Positions 29,444-38,446 of a stretch of DNA of 45,264 bases are shown here, in pieces (the first letter of the stretch is position 1; each line of letters opens with the position of its first letter). A model generated the notes under the pieces. The model was given only the letters and a program-made list of their open reading frames with translations. It was not told where the DNA came from and ran no database searches. The position numbers and the translations under genes are program-made. Source of the DNA: Candidatus Subterrananammoxibius californiae (GTDB lineage: Bacteria; Planctomycetota; Brocadiia; Brocadiales; Subterrananammoxibiaceae); the NCBI GenBank assembly GCA_030586555.1, contig JAURAC010000003.1:109938-155201 (forward strand), in the 5' to 3' direction.

Positions 29444-30286
29444 TTAAAACAAATGTGTTAACCTGGGTTTTTTGCCAACATGGACGTTTACAATCCCAAA
29501 CGTTCTTGGATAAATCTTCACATCTTCGAGTCCGCACGATTCCATCACGGCTTTTAGCTGCCATCTATTGGGGAATGTCTGAACTGAGCTTGGCAGGTAG
29601 GTGTATGCGTCTATCTTACTGGCTGAGATAAGTCTACCTATTATGGGAAGGATTTTGTGGAAATAAAAGTCGTAAAGTAGTCTAAATACTTTATTTTCCG
29701 GTTCGGCAAATTCAAGGATGACAACCCGCCCACCGGGTGAAATAACCCTTGTCATCTCCCTTATTCCCAGTTCAAGGTCAGCAACATTTCTAATGCCAAA
29801 TGCAACAGTGGAGACTTGAAACGTGTTATCAGGGAAAGGCAGGTGCAGTGTATCTGCTTTGATAAACTTGATGCGATTTCCTGAATTGTAGGGGTAGGTT
29901 TGAAACCTACCCCTACATTTATTCTTTATTTTGGCGATGGCAAGTCTAAGCATCTCCTCACAGAAATCCGTGCCAACCACGCATGAGTCGTGAGTCCAGA
30001 GTCTTGGGTCTTGAGTCTTGAATTCTGACCCCTGACTCCTGACTCCTGACTCCTGACTCTTAACTGCCTTAGCATATTCAATGGCAAGGTCTCCGGTGCC
30101 TGTGCAGACATCCAATACCTTATCCCCTGCCTGTAGCCCGCTAACACTTACGGCAAACCTTCGCCATCTTCTGTCAAACGTAAGGCTCAGCAAGGCATTA
30201 AGGAAATCATATCGGGGTGCAATCGAGGAAAACATCCTGCGGATGTTCTCTCCTTTTTTATGAAGAAGTTCATTGGTTGTGAGCAT
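29444..30286 (-). CDS. ubiE: Demethylmenaquinone methyltransferase UbiE/MenG
   Basis: MFSSIAPRYDFLN, VLDVCTGTGDLA, AFGIRNV, AYTYLPSSV; two repeat-derived in-frame inserts. Confidence 0.92.
   Translation of the reverse strand: MLTTNELLHKKGENIRRMFSSIAPRYDFLNALLSLTFDRRWRRFAVSVSGLQAGDKVLDVCTGTGDLAIEYAKAVKSQESGVRSQGSEFKTQDPRLWTHDSCVVGTDFCEEMLRLAIAKIKNKCRGRFQTYPYNSGNRIKFIKADTLHLPFPDNTFQVSTVAFGIRNVADLELGIREMTRVISPGGRVVILEFAEPENKVFRLLYDFYFHKILPIIGRLISASKIDAYTYLPSSVQTFPNRWQLKAVMESCGLEDVKIYPRTFGIVNVHVGKKPRLTHLF
29984..30065. repeat. Inverted GAGTC/GACTC heptamer array, in frame in ubiE
   Basis: Encodes VKSQESGVRSQGSEFKTQDPRLWTHDS. Confidence 0.85.
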
Positions 30287-30304
30287 ATTAGATTTTAACT
30301 TCTT

Positions 30305-31369
30305 TTAATGAGGCAGCATGTTACTGAGCCATGGTGGAAGGACACTTTTAACAGCAGTAACAACAATCTCAGCGATAATACGGTATGAAATTTCCCAGCC
30401 AATATGGGAAGTATGCGAGCCTTCTCTGGCAAACCGTTCACGAGCTTGTTCAAGCTCTCTATTAAAACTATCGGTCATGTTCTCCTTTTCACACAAAACA
30501 TCATTTGGCTTATGTATAGCTTTTTCAATGATTTCCTTTATCTGGGTTAGCCAGCCATCTGGCAGAAATGAGGACAATCGTGGGTCTTCTTGACGGATAA
30601 TATGATTCTCTATATTAGCAAACGCTCTCATTATTTCTTCTATGCGGTGTTCAGGAAATATTTTGACTAATTTCTCTATCCATGCGTAGAGTTCGGGAAG
30701 CATTTTAGCCGCTTTCAATATAGTATCATTGGTTTCGGCGTTAAGGGTGACTGTGGTGGTGTTCCCAATATTCTCAAATTTGCGTATTTTGAGGTCTGAA
30801 AGTTCCTGCTTAATATGGTCAATAACGGTTAACAAAACCCTGTGGTCCAGACCGGAAAACCCCTCTTTAAAAATTAGCTCAAGCCTGGGGAAGCTTTTGT
30901 AAATCTGTTCAAACTCACCAGGGGCAAAATCACGGCGGGTCTTCTCTTTATCTCCCCAGTATTTGAGATTATAAACATAGTCGCACTTCACTCCCTCAAT
31001 CTTCCAGTCAGTAGTGGCTATGTTGTAAATATTTACCCCGGTCAAATCAGCCCCGGAAAGGTCGGCATCTTCAAGATTGGCAGAGCAAAGACTGCTTCCC
31101 CTGAGATTGGCCTCTATGAGATTGGTCCAGCTAAGGTTGGCATTGGAGAGGTTGGCATCATGAAGGGTGGCATGGGAAAGGTTAGCTCCGTGGAGATTGG
31201 CCTCTATAAGATTGGTCCAGCAGAGGTTGGCATTGGAGAGGTTGGCATCGCGAAGAGTGGCATGGGAAAGGTTAGCCCCGCTGAGGGCAAGTCCAGAAAG
31301 GTCTTCTCCAGCCAGACTCTCTCCTCTTTCGACTCTATCTATTACCTCTTCTCGTGTCAATTTTGCCAT
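30305..31369 (-). CDS. Pentapeptide-repeat protein with uncharacterised C-terminal domain
   Basis: A(N/D)Lxx repeats including a near-identical 30-aa tandem duplication. Confidence 0.85.
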   Translation of the reverse strand: MAKLTREEVIDRVERGESLAGEDLSGLALSGANLSHATLRDANLSNANLCWTNLIEANLHGANLSHATLHDANLSNANLSWTNLIEANLRGSSLCSANLEDADLSGADLTGVNIYNIATTDWKIEGVKCDYVYNLKYWGDKEKTRRDFAPGEFEQIYKSFPRLELIFKEGFSGLDHRVLLTVIDHIKQELSDLKIRKFENIGNTTTVTLNAETNDTILKAAKMLPELYAWIEKLVKIFPEHRIEEIMRAFANIENHIIRQEDPRLSSFLPDGWLTQIKEIIEKAIHKPNDVLCEKENMTDSFNRELEQARERFAREGSHTSHIGWEISYRIIAEIVVTAVKSVLPPWLSNMLPH

Positions 31370-31418
31370 GAAAGACACACTCCTTAACCCCTCTTTATAG
31401 AGGGGAGGTGTTCACACT

Positions 31419-31685
31419 TTATTTTCTTTTGTAAGCATTTCCCCTTGCCTCAATTGTCTTTATTCTTATAGTCTTGATGTCTTCGTGTATTTCATAGATT
31501 ATCCTTATGTCACCCATTCTGTAACGATACATGTGAGAAAGCTCGCCATGTAATTTTTTAATATGTATATGATAATATGGGTTTTGTGAAATGCTATCAA
31601 TTGCTCTACTTATTCTTTTCCGCAACTTGTCATCGATATTCCTATAAAACTTTACAGCATTTTTATGAAGGATTATCTTATACAC
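31419..31685 (-). CDS. RelE/ParE-family toxin
   Basis: 88 aa basic protein, IKKLHGEL..MYRYRMGDIRIIYEI. Confidence 0.88.
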   Translation of the reverse strand: MYKIILHKNAVKFYRNIDDKLRKRISRAIDSISQNPYYHIHIKKLHGELSHMYRYRMGDIRIIYEIHEDIKTIRIKTIEARGNAYKRK

Positions 31686-31893
31686 GTTTTACCTTATCCC
31701 ATGATACATAAGTCTTTTCTTTATCTACCAGCCAATCTGCATCGGCTTGTTTAATTTGTCTCATCAGTTTCTTATCTGACATTATTTCAATTGTCTCTCT
31801 CCATGTTTCCAAATCCTCGGTTACGACATCGTGAATTATGGATTTAAGTTCTTCAACGGTAATGTCAGAAACTTTCTTTTTTGTTATACTCAT
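31678..31893 (-). CDS. Putative antitoxin
   Basis: Small ORF overlapping the toxin start; ETIEIMSDKKLMRQIK...VSWDKVK; GAAAGGA before ATG 31893. Confidence 0.75.
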   Translation of the reverse strand: MSITKKKVSDITVEELKSIIHDVVTEDLETWRETIEIMSDKKLMRQIKQADADWLVDKEKTYVSWDKVKRV

Positions 31894-31933
31894 AGTAATT
31901 GTCCTTTCCACAATCCGCACTCCCCATTCCGAA

Positions 31934-33376
31934 TTAGATTCCATATTCCTTCCACCGTCTATCAACTAAGGCTTTTATTTCGGGGGACATCTTTATCTCA
32001 TCGGGCCAGTTGCGCTGGAAGCCCTCCTCTTGCCATTTTTTTGTGGCGTCAATGCCCATCTTTGAGCCGATGTTGGGTAGGGATGAGGCATGGTCAAGCA
32101 CGTCCAGAGGTCCCTCAACAAATGTAACGTCCCTTTTTGGGTCAACATTATTTCCCACCTTCCACATCACATCGTCAACGTTTTGAATATTTACATCCTT
32201 ATCAGTAACAACAATAATCTTTGTAAACATCATCTGCCCAAGTCCCCAGAGGCTGTGCATGACCTTTTTTGCGTGATATGGATATTGCTTGTCTATGGAG
32301 ACGAACGCAAAATTGTGAAACACCCCGAAAAGCGGAAGATTGAGGTCAACGATTTCAGGAAGGTGCAGCCTTATCAATGGCAAAAAGAGCCTCTCCGTTG
32401 CCTTGCCCATGTAGCAATCTTCCATCGGCGGCTTGCCTACGATTGTTGTGGGATAGATGGGATCTTTCCTGTGGGTTATGCACGTAATATGGAATACAGG
32501 GTAGCTATCGGGTAAAGAATAATATCCTGTATGGTCGCCGAAGGGTCCCTCGATACGGCTCTCCGAAGGGTCAACGTATCCCTCAAGGATTATTTCTGCG
32601 TCTGCAGGCACTTCCATGTCAATTGTCTTACACTTAGCCATCTCAACATTTTTGTTCCTGAGCAATCCTGCAAAGAGCATTTCGTCAATGCCCGAAGGCA
32701 TAGGGGCAGTAGCGGCATAAGTAATGGCAGGGTCGCATCCCAGAGCCACAGCAACCTCCATGCGTTTTGACCTTGCCTTATGCTCACGGAAGTGCCTTGC
32801 GCCGTCGTGATGGACATGCCAGTGCATGCCTGTGGTCTTTTCATCATATACATGGAGGCGGTACATACCAGCATTCCTTTCGCCTGTTTCGGGATGTTTC
32901 GTTAAGACAATTGGAAGGGTAATAAATTTGCCTCCATCCCCAGGCCAGCACTTGATGATGGGGAATTTATCCAGGGATGGATTATCCTTAATAACAACCT
33001 CCTGGCAGGGCGCATCGCGAACCATCTTTGGAGGGAATTTTGAGAGCTTTAAGAGTGTGGGGATAAATTTTATTTTATCAATCAGGGTTTCCGGCATCTC
33101 AGGCTTGCTGAGTTTTTCAATTTCAGAAGCTACTTCGTCAAGACTCTGCGCGCAAAGTGCCATTGCCATCCTTTTGAAGGAGCCGAAGGCATTTATCAGG
33201 ACGGGGATATTGTATCCCTTGACCCTTTCAAAAAGTAACGCTGGACCATGAGCCTTTGATACCCTATCGGTAATCTCTGTGATTTCAAGCTCTGCGGAAA
33301 CCTCGGTCTTTATCCGTTTAAGCTCCCCAGCTTGTTCGAGTTTTTCGATAAATTCAGAGAGGTTTCGATATGCCAT
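31934..33376 (-). CDS. ubiD: UbiD-family menaquinone biosynthesis decarboxylase (MqnL-like)
   Basis: LEITEITDR, RNAGMYR, MHWH, EGPFGDHTGYY, GKPPMED, LDVLDH. Confidence 0.92.
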   Translation of the reverse strand: MAYRNLSEFIEKLEQAGELKRIKTEVSAELEITEITDRVSKAHGPALLFERVKGYNIPVLINAFGSFKRMAMALCAQSLDEVASEIEKLSKPEMPETLIDKIKFIPTLLKLSKFPPKMVRDAPCQEVVIKDNPSLDKFPIIKCWPGDGGKFITLPIVLTKHPETGERNAGMYRLHVYDEKTTGMHWHVHHDGARHFREHKARSKRMEVAVALGCDPAITYAATAPMPSGIDEMLFAGLLRNKNVEMAKCKTIDMEVPADAEIILEGYVDPSESRIEGPFGDHTGYYSLPDSYPVFHITCITHRKDPIYPTTIVGKPPMEDCYMGKATERLFLPLIRLHLPEIVDLNLPLFGVFHNFAFVSIDKQYPYHAKKVMHSLWGLGQMMFTKIIVVTDKDVNIQNVDDVMWKVGNNVDPKRDVTFVEGPLDVLDHASSLPNIGSKMGIDATKKWQEEGFQRNWPDEIKMSPEIKALVDRRWKEYGI

Positions 33377-33854
33377 GTCTTGAGTCCTGAGTCAAAGAGT
33401 CGCGAGTCAAGGAGTCATGAGTCGTGAGCCTCTTTTTTATAGTTCAGATAATTTGCAAAGCCCTGGATAAGTTTGGATGTTTCTTCTGCCAAACTGTAGT
33501 TGGCATGAAATTGCTCGTTGGTAATATACTGTTGGTCCATAGCAATGTACAGTTGAGATTGTAGCTCTGCTACTGAGCCATGCGCCATCCCAAGAAAGTT
33601 GACAAATTCTTTATCCGTGCGTCGAGCAAAACCTTCTGCAATATTCGACATAATGGATATACTTGATCGCCGAAGCTGATTTCGTAAGGCAAAGTCTTTA
33701 CTGAGTTCGGAGTTCCTGGTTATATTGTAAATTGATTTGGACAATTCCCTTGCCTTCTGCCAACCTTGAAGCTCCTCAAATTTCTTTATTTTACCCATTT
33801 ATCTCGACTCCCTACTCGCAGACTCTCGACTCTCCGACTCCCTGACTCACGACT
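33377..33854. repeat. GAGTC arm (33377-33430) and GACTC arm (33803-33854) bracketing the four-helix-bundle gene
   Basis: Six to seven 7-8 nt units per arm in inverted orientation. Confidence 0.85.
33415..33798 (-). CDS. Four-helix-bundle protein (23S rRNA IVS-protein family)
   Basis: FEELQGWQKA...QLRRSSISIMSNIAEGF...FLGMAHGSVAELQSQL. Confidence 0.92.
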   Translation of the reverse strand: MGKIKKFEELQGWQKARELSKSIYNITRNSELSKDFALRNQLRRSSISIMSNIAEGFARRTDKEFVNFLGMAHGSVAELQSQLYIAMDQQYITNEQFHANYSLAEETSKLIQGFANYLNYKKEAHDS

Positions 33855-34680
33855 GTGTAAGCGGCTCGTTCATGCTTCCACTGCGGAAGCCTTCAAGGTC
33901 TATGGTGATATAGATAAAGCCAATCTCTTTAAATTTTCTAACTATTTCGGTTCGAACTAATGGGTCGGTCAATGTGTGGATATGTTCAGGTGAAACCTCA
34001 ATCCTTGCAATTGTACCATGGTGGCGAACCCTGAATTGTTTAAAGCCCATCGTCCTCATAAAGTCCTCAGCTTGAGAGACCATGGCAAGCTTTTCTTCTG
34101 TAATCTTTTCGCCGTAAGGAAAGCGGGAGGACAGGCAGGCGTAAGATGGTTTATCCCATGTGGGAAGACCAAGTAATCTTGCCAACTGACGGACGTCATC
34201 CTTTGCAAGTCCTGCCTCTTTTAAAGGGCTTCTAACACCCAACTCTTTTGCCGCATCGAGACCCGGTCTGAAGTCCCCTGTGTCATCAAGATTTGCCCCG
34301 TCTGCCACATGCTTGAACCCATGCTGGTTTGCAATCTCCTTCAGTTTCTCGAACAGCTCCGACTTACAAAAATAGCATCTGTTGGGTGGGTTGTTTGAAA
34401 ACCCTTCGATAGCCAACTCGCTGGTTTCTATCACAAGGTGCTTAATCCCTATTTCTTTTGCTATCTTTTTAGCATCCTCAAGCTCAAATCCCGGATATGT
34501 CTCAGAGTTGGCGGTCACCGCCATTGTCCTGTCTCCGAGGGCATCGTAACAAACCTTAGCGAGAAGGCTGCTGTCAACCCCTCCAGAGAGCGCCACGACA
34601 ACACTTTCGAGGTTCTTAATAACGTCTTTAAGAGCCTCTAATTTCTTGATTAATGCCTTATCTTTTAGAAGTAATTCCAT
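33847..34680 (-). CDS. larE: LarE-family ATP-dependent sulfur transferase
   Basis: PP-loop SGGVDS, RCYFCK, DGANLDD.GDFRPG, ACLSSRFPYG, GFRSGSMN. Confidence 0.9.
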   Translation of the reverse strand: MELLLKDKALIKKLEALKDVIKNLESVVVALSGGVDSSLLAKVCYDALGDRTMAVTANSETYPGFELEDAKKIAKEIGIKHLVIETSELAIEGFSNNPPNRCYFCKSELFEKLKEIANQHGFKHVADGANLDDTGDFRPGLDAAKELGVRSPLKEAGLAKDDVRQLARLLGLPTWDKPSYACLSSRFPYGEKITEEKLAMVSQAEDFMRTMGFKQFRVRHHGTIARIEVSPEHIHTLTDPLVRTEIVRKFKEIGFIYITIDLEGFRSGSMNEPLTQS

Positions 34681-34778
34681 TTTATCGACCCCAAACCAGT
34701 TTTGATACTAACATACAATTGGTTATAAGCCATTTATAGCCCGTATTGATGGGTTTTAACCTGTTCTTATCTTTGTTG

Positions 34779-34807
34779 ATTATATCAGTAATTTCAAGGT
34801 TTTACAA
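34779..34807 (-). promoter_or_regulatory. Sigma70 promoter of the larE-ubiD-ubiE operon
   Basis: Minus strand TTGTAA-17 nt-TATAAT. Confidence 0.6.
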
Positions 34808-35030
34808 GGGGATTTTATTGTTGTATAGATGGATGTCTTTTTATTTGGTTTTATCTTTAGGTACGGCATAAGTACGACATGAATTTTTCTCAAGAGACCC
34901 CCCTACCCGCCCAATTTGAAATGGCATCAAATATCGTTACATCCCATCCGGGTTACGCTACAATTTTCCTAAAATCCCCACTTGATTATATCAGATTAAA
35001 ACAGATAAAAAGCAATAACAAGAAATTGTA

Positions 35031-35059
35031 TTGATTATACATCGTTTCTGATGTATACT
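35031..35059 (+). promoter_or_regulatory. TA promoter with palindromic operator
   Basis: TTGATT-17 nt-TATACT overlapping TATACATC-N6-GATGTATA. Confidence 0.7.
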
Positions 35060-35080
35060 TGGCTCAAAAGGGAAAAACCT

Positions 35081-35443
35081 TTGCATACAATAATTTTTTA
35101 CACAACAAGACGTGGGGATTCGCCTATTGATGATTTCCTGAACGCCATGGACGTAAAGGCAAGGGCAAAGGTTAACGCCTTTATAGACCTTCTTGCGCAT
35201 GAGGGGCATAAGTTACTTAGACCCTATACAGATATTGTCCGTGGAAAGATACGGGAATTGCGTATCCCATACAGGACAAACCAGTATAGAATTTTGTACT
35301 TCTTTTTTCAAAAGGACTTTATTGTACTGGTACACGGGTTTGCTAAAAAGACCCAAAAAATTCCAGAAAGGGAGATTGTGCAGGCAGAACGTAACATGCA
35401 AGACTTTATCAGCCGATACATGGCAGGAGAAATCGTTTTATGA
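35081..35443 (+). CDS. HigB/Gp49-like (RelE superfamily) toxin
   Basis: IIFY.T..G.SPI..FL, IRELR...YRILYFF...VLVHGFAKKTQK. TTG 35081 is preferred because ATG 35051 lies inside the promoter. Confidence 0.88.
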   Translation: MHTIIFYTTRRGDSPIDDFLNAMDVKARAKVNAFIDLLAHEGHKLLRPYTDIVRGKIRELRIPYRTNQYRILYFFFQKDFIVLVHGFAKKTQKIPEREIVQAERNMQDFISRYMAGEIVL

Positions 35444-35742
35444 GAACAAAGGTTAGATACCACAAAGACAGGCTCAAGGAAGACCTTAAAAATCCAGAGT
35501 TTTGTAAGCACTATGCGAAGGAAAAGAAGTCCCTTGAGATAGCCTATCAGATTGCAAGGCTCAGGCACAAGCTGGGACTATCCCAGAAGGATTTTGCCAG
35601 GCGTGTAGGGACTACCCAGCAGGTTATATCCAGATTAGAGAATGGGAAATATACGGGTTATACCCTGAAGACGTTAGAAAAACTTGCAAACGCCACCAAC
35701 ACGGAGTTAGTAATTAGCTTTCGGTCTATGCAAGTGGCATGA
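35440..35742 (+). CDS. XRE-family HTH antitoxin (HigA-like)
   Basis: LRHKLGLSQKDFARRVGTTQQVISRLENG; ATGA overlap with the toxin. Confidence 0.9.
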   Translation: MRTKVRYHKDRLKEDLKNPEFCKHYAKEKKSLEIAYQIARLRHKLGLSQKDFARRVGTTQQVISRLENGKYTGYTLKTLEKLANATNTELVISFRSMQVA

Positions 35743-35783
35743 CCACTCCCGTATCATAGTACGAGACAAATTTTACCGTACAG

Positions 35784-35857
35784 TTATCCACATATCACGC
35801 TTACCCTAAAACAAGTGCCATCTAAATATTGTATCTTCACATAAAAAGTTATCCACA
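35784..35857 (+). promoter_or_regulatory. Two consensus DnaA boxes
   Basis: TTATCCACA at 35784-35792 and 35849-35857. Confidence 0.45.
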
Positions 35858-35889
35858 AATTGTATACCCAAAAATAGACATTGCCATAC

Positions 35890-37656
35890 TTAAAATTTCA
35901 CTTTGTTTGGCCTTACCCCACGCATTGGGAGGACAACGGTAAATGTGCTCCCTTTTCCAACCTTACTTGATACTTTTATACTACCAGCGTGTTTCTGGAT
36001 AATATCATACGCAACCGTGAGGCCAAGCCCTGTACCTTTTCCGGGTTCTTTGGTGGTAAAAAAAGGTTCAAAGATTTTTTCATGCAAGTCTTTTGGTATG
36101 CCTTTACCGGTATCTTTTATCTCAACACAAACATTATTTTCCGCCTGGTATGTCTTAATGTAGATTTTCCCTCTGCCTTTTATCGCATGGGCAGCATTCA
36201 CAAGCAGGTTCATAAATACCTGACCAAGCTGCTGAGGATAGCACTTTATCTCTGGAATATCCCCGTATTTCTTAAGTATCGCTGCTTTGTATTTTATCTC
36301 ACCCAATACCAAAACCAAGATGTCGTCTATTATGTTGTTCAAGTTTGCATATACTGGCGTAGCTCCCTCAATACGGGAAGAAAAGAGCAGGTTGTCAACA
36401 ATACTTTTTATCCGCTTAACGCCAATGGTTGCCTCTTTAATAATCTCCACAAAATCATCCAGAAGAACGTCAAGTTTAATCTCTTTTCTCAAGTCCCGAA
36501 CCTCTTGAAAAAAAGACATCATTTGAGCAGGTTTCCCCCTTTCAAAGATGGGTTTACCATCTTCAAACTTCTTTAAAAATTTCCCCAACCTTTCTGAATA
36601 CTTGTTAAGGGTGTCGCAGTTATTGTATACAAAACTCAAAGGATTATTAATCTCATGCGCTATGCTTGCCGCTAACTGACCCAGTGTTGCCATCTTCTCT
36701 GCCTGAATCAACTGCCGTTGCTTTGACTTGAGTTCCTTATAGGCTTGTTCCAACTGAATGTTTGCCTTCTTTAAATCCGATGTACGTTCAGCCACACGTT
36801 GTTCAAGGGACTCGTTAAGCATTATCAACATTTCCTCCAACTGCCTGCGCTCCGAGACGTCTCTAAAAACACCTAAAAGATACATCTTTCCATCCAGTGT
36901 TACAGGAAAAGAATTAATATCTGCATAAAAGACGCTTCCGTCCTTTCTTTTCACTGGAATATCTTTGGCAAGTGTAAATTCTTTCTTAGTTTGTTTCTCA
37001 AACTGCTCAATAACATACGGCAGGTATCTTTCTGGATGGATATCCATTACCCCTATGGCTTTAATCTCTTCCTCACTGTAACCAAGCATCTGACATATCT
37101 TTTTATTGCCCATATAAAACATTTTATTTTGGCAATCCGCCAAAAGTAATCCGTCCATCGCATTGTCAAAGATAGTTTTGAATTTTTGTTCCGATTCTTT
37201 CAGGCGCTCTTCTGCCTGCTTGCGCCCAGAGATGTCTCGAATTATCCAGATAGAATACCACCCATCTTTGATTTGAGTAGAGGAAATGGAAACTTCTATT
37301 GGGAATTCGGCTCCGACTTTATTTAGAGCCATAAATTCAACAGGATGATTGGTAACATTAGCCTGTGCTGTTATTTTAAACTGATTAAATTCTTTCTCAA
37401 ATTCTCGATAGTATTTCCGAGGAATAATAAGTGTGTGTAGTTTTTTACCAATAACATCCTCGCTTGCGAAGCCAAATATCCTTTCAGCGGCTCTATTCCA
37501 TTGGGAGATTTTTCCCTTGTCATTTATAATAACGATGGCATCCTGGGCGGAATCAAATATGACTCGAAATTTCGTCACGCTTTCGCGTAATTCTTCTATC
37601 AAACGATATTGTATCTGTGAACAAAGTTCTGTCTTTTTAATATCATCAAAATTCAC
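35890..37656 (-). CDS. Cytoplasmic PAS-PAS histidine kinase
   Basis: Two PAS/PAC domains, AHEINNPL, NLLVNA, DTGKGI, FFTTKEPGKGTGLGL. Confidence 0.92.
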   Translation of the reverse strand: MNFDDIKKTELCSQIQYRLIEELRESVTKFRVIFDSAQDAIVIINDKGKISQWNRAAERIFGFASEDVIGKKLHTLIIPRKYYREFEKEFNQFKITAQANVTNHPVEFMALNKVGAEFPIEVSISSTQIKDGWYSIWIIRDISGRKQAEERLKESEQKFKTIFDNAMDGLLLADCQNKMFYMGNKKICQMLGYSEEEIKAIGVMDIHPERYLPYVIEQFEKQTKKEFTLAKDIPVKRKDGSVFYADINSFPVTLDGKMYLLGVFRDVSERRQLEEMLIMLNESLEQRVAERTSDLKKANIQLEQAYKELKSKQRQLIQAEKMATLGQLAASIAHEINNPLSFVYNNCDTLNKYSERLGKFLKKFEDGKPIFERGKPAQMMSFFQEVRDLRKEIKLDVLLDDFVEIIKEATIGVKRIKSIVDNLLFSSRIEGATPVYANLNNIIDDILVLVLGEIKYKAAILKKYGDIPEIKCYPQQLGQVFMNLLVNAAHAIKGRGKIYIKTYQAENNVCVEIKDTGKGIPKDLHEKIFEPFFTTKEPGKGTGLGLTVAYDIIQKHAGSIKVSSKVGKGSTFTVVLPMRGVRPNKVKF

Positions 37657-38279
37657 TTCTTAACTCCTAAACATTTCAAAAATTTTAAATGGTCCATGAC
37701 CTCTGCATAAAGGGGAAAGATTTCCTTGCAATAGAATTCTTGTTCTATATTACTACGGCCTGCAGTGCAGTCAGATAGAATTGTTACCTTATATCCCAGT
37801 TCAAATGCATACCGTCCGGTGGGGTCTACACATATTGAGGTAACCGCACCAGTTAGAACTACATTAGTTATATTCCTTTGTTGTAAGATTACATTTAAGT
37901 CGGTATTGGAAAACGCATTGAATCCTCGTCTGCCGGGTACCTCTATAATACGGTCGCCGAAACGGCGCAGTTCTGGAACTATCTCAGCGCCTTTTGTTCC
38001 TCTTTTAAATGCTCGAGCTTCTTTAATTGTTTTGAGAATCCCTATCGGTTTCCCGATAAGTTCGCTATAATCTTCAGTAAAAATAATTGGGGTGGAGATA
38101 ATCAAAACAGGTGTAATGAGTAAATGCTCAACGAGATCAACCGTATTTGCGAGGACGTTAGTAACCCTTGAAGACTCTTCAATCACCCTGCGAAGAACAC
38201 CGTTAGAAGCAAAAAAATCATTTTGAAAACTAATTAGTAGAAGTGCAGTTTGTTTTGGGTTTATTTTATGCGTTATCAT
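37653..38279 (-). CDS. Isochorismatase/cysteine-hydrolase family protein
   Basis: TALLLISFQNDF, NAFSNTDL, GAVTSICVDPTGR; GTGA overlap with the kinase. Confidence 0.85.
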   Translation of the reverse strand: MITHKINPKQTALLLISFQNDFFASNGVLRRVIEESSRVTNVLANTVDLVEHLLITPVLIISTPIIFTEDYSELIGKPIGILKTIKEARAFKRGTKGAEIVPELRRFGDRIIEVPGRRGFNAFSNTDLNVILQQRNITNVVLTGAVTSICVDPTGRYAFELGYKVTILSDCTAGRSNIEQEFYCKEIFPLYAEVMDHLKFLKCLGVKK

Positions 38280-38446
38280 ACCTACCTTATGCAAACAAAA
38301 CCCTCTTAATTAAATCGTATGATAATATCCTGGTTATGTCAATTTAAAAAATACATGATATAAATGAATTTTACGCAAAGTGCTGACTTTGCCTGCATGA
38401 ATCTTATTGAGGCTTCTTTGAATTTGGCTTGATGAGATACACTTGC

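Noticed and set aside
33415..33798. Diversity-generating retroelement (Avd-like protein)
   Set aside because: No reverse transcriptase and no TR/VR pair with adenine-specific mismatches seen in the window.
5020..34680. Functional link between DUF362 and LarE (nickel-pincer cofactor)
   Set aside because: The genes are 28 kb apart in different operons, and larB/larC are not in the window.
35051..35080. ORF-track N-terminal extensions (also 18036, 12394, 7060, 27030, 29247, 31965)
   Set aside because: They run through promoters, REP hairpins or upstream genes; downstream starts have better SD sequences.
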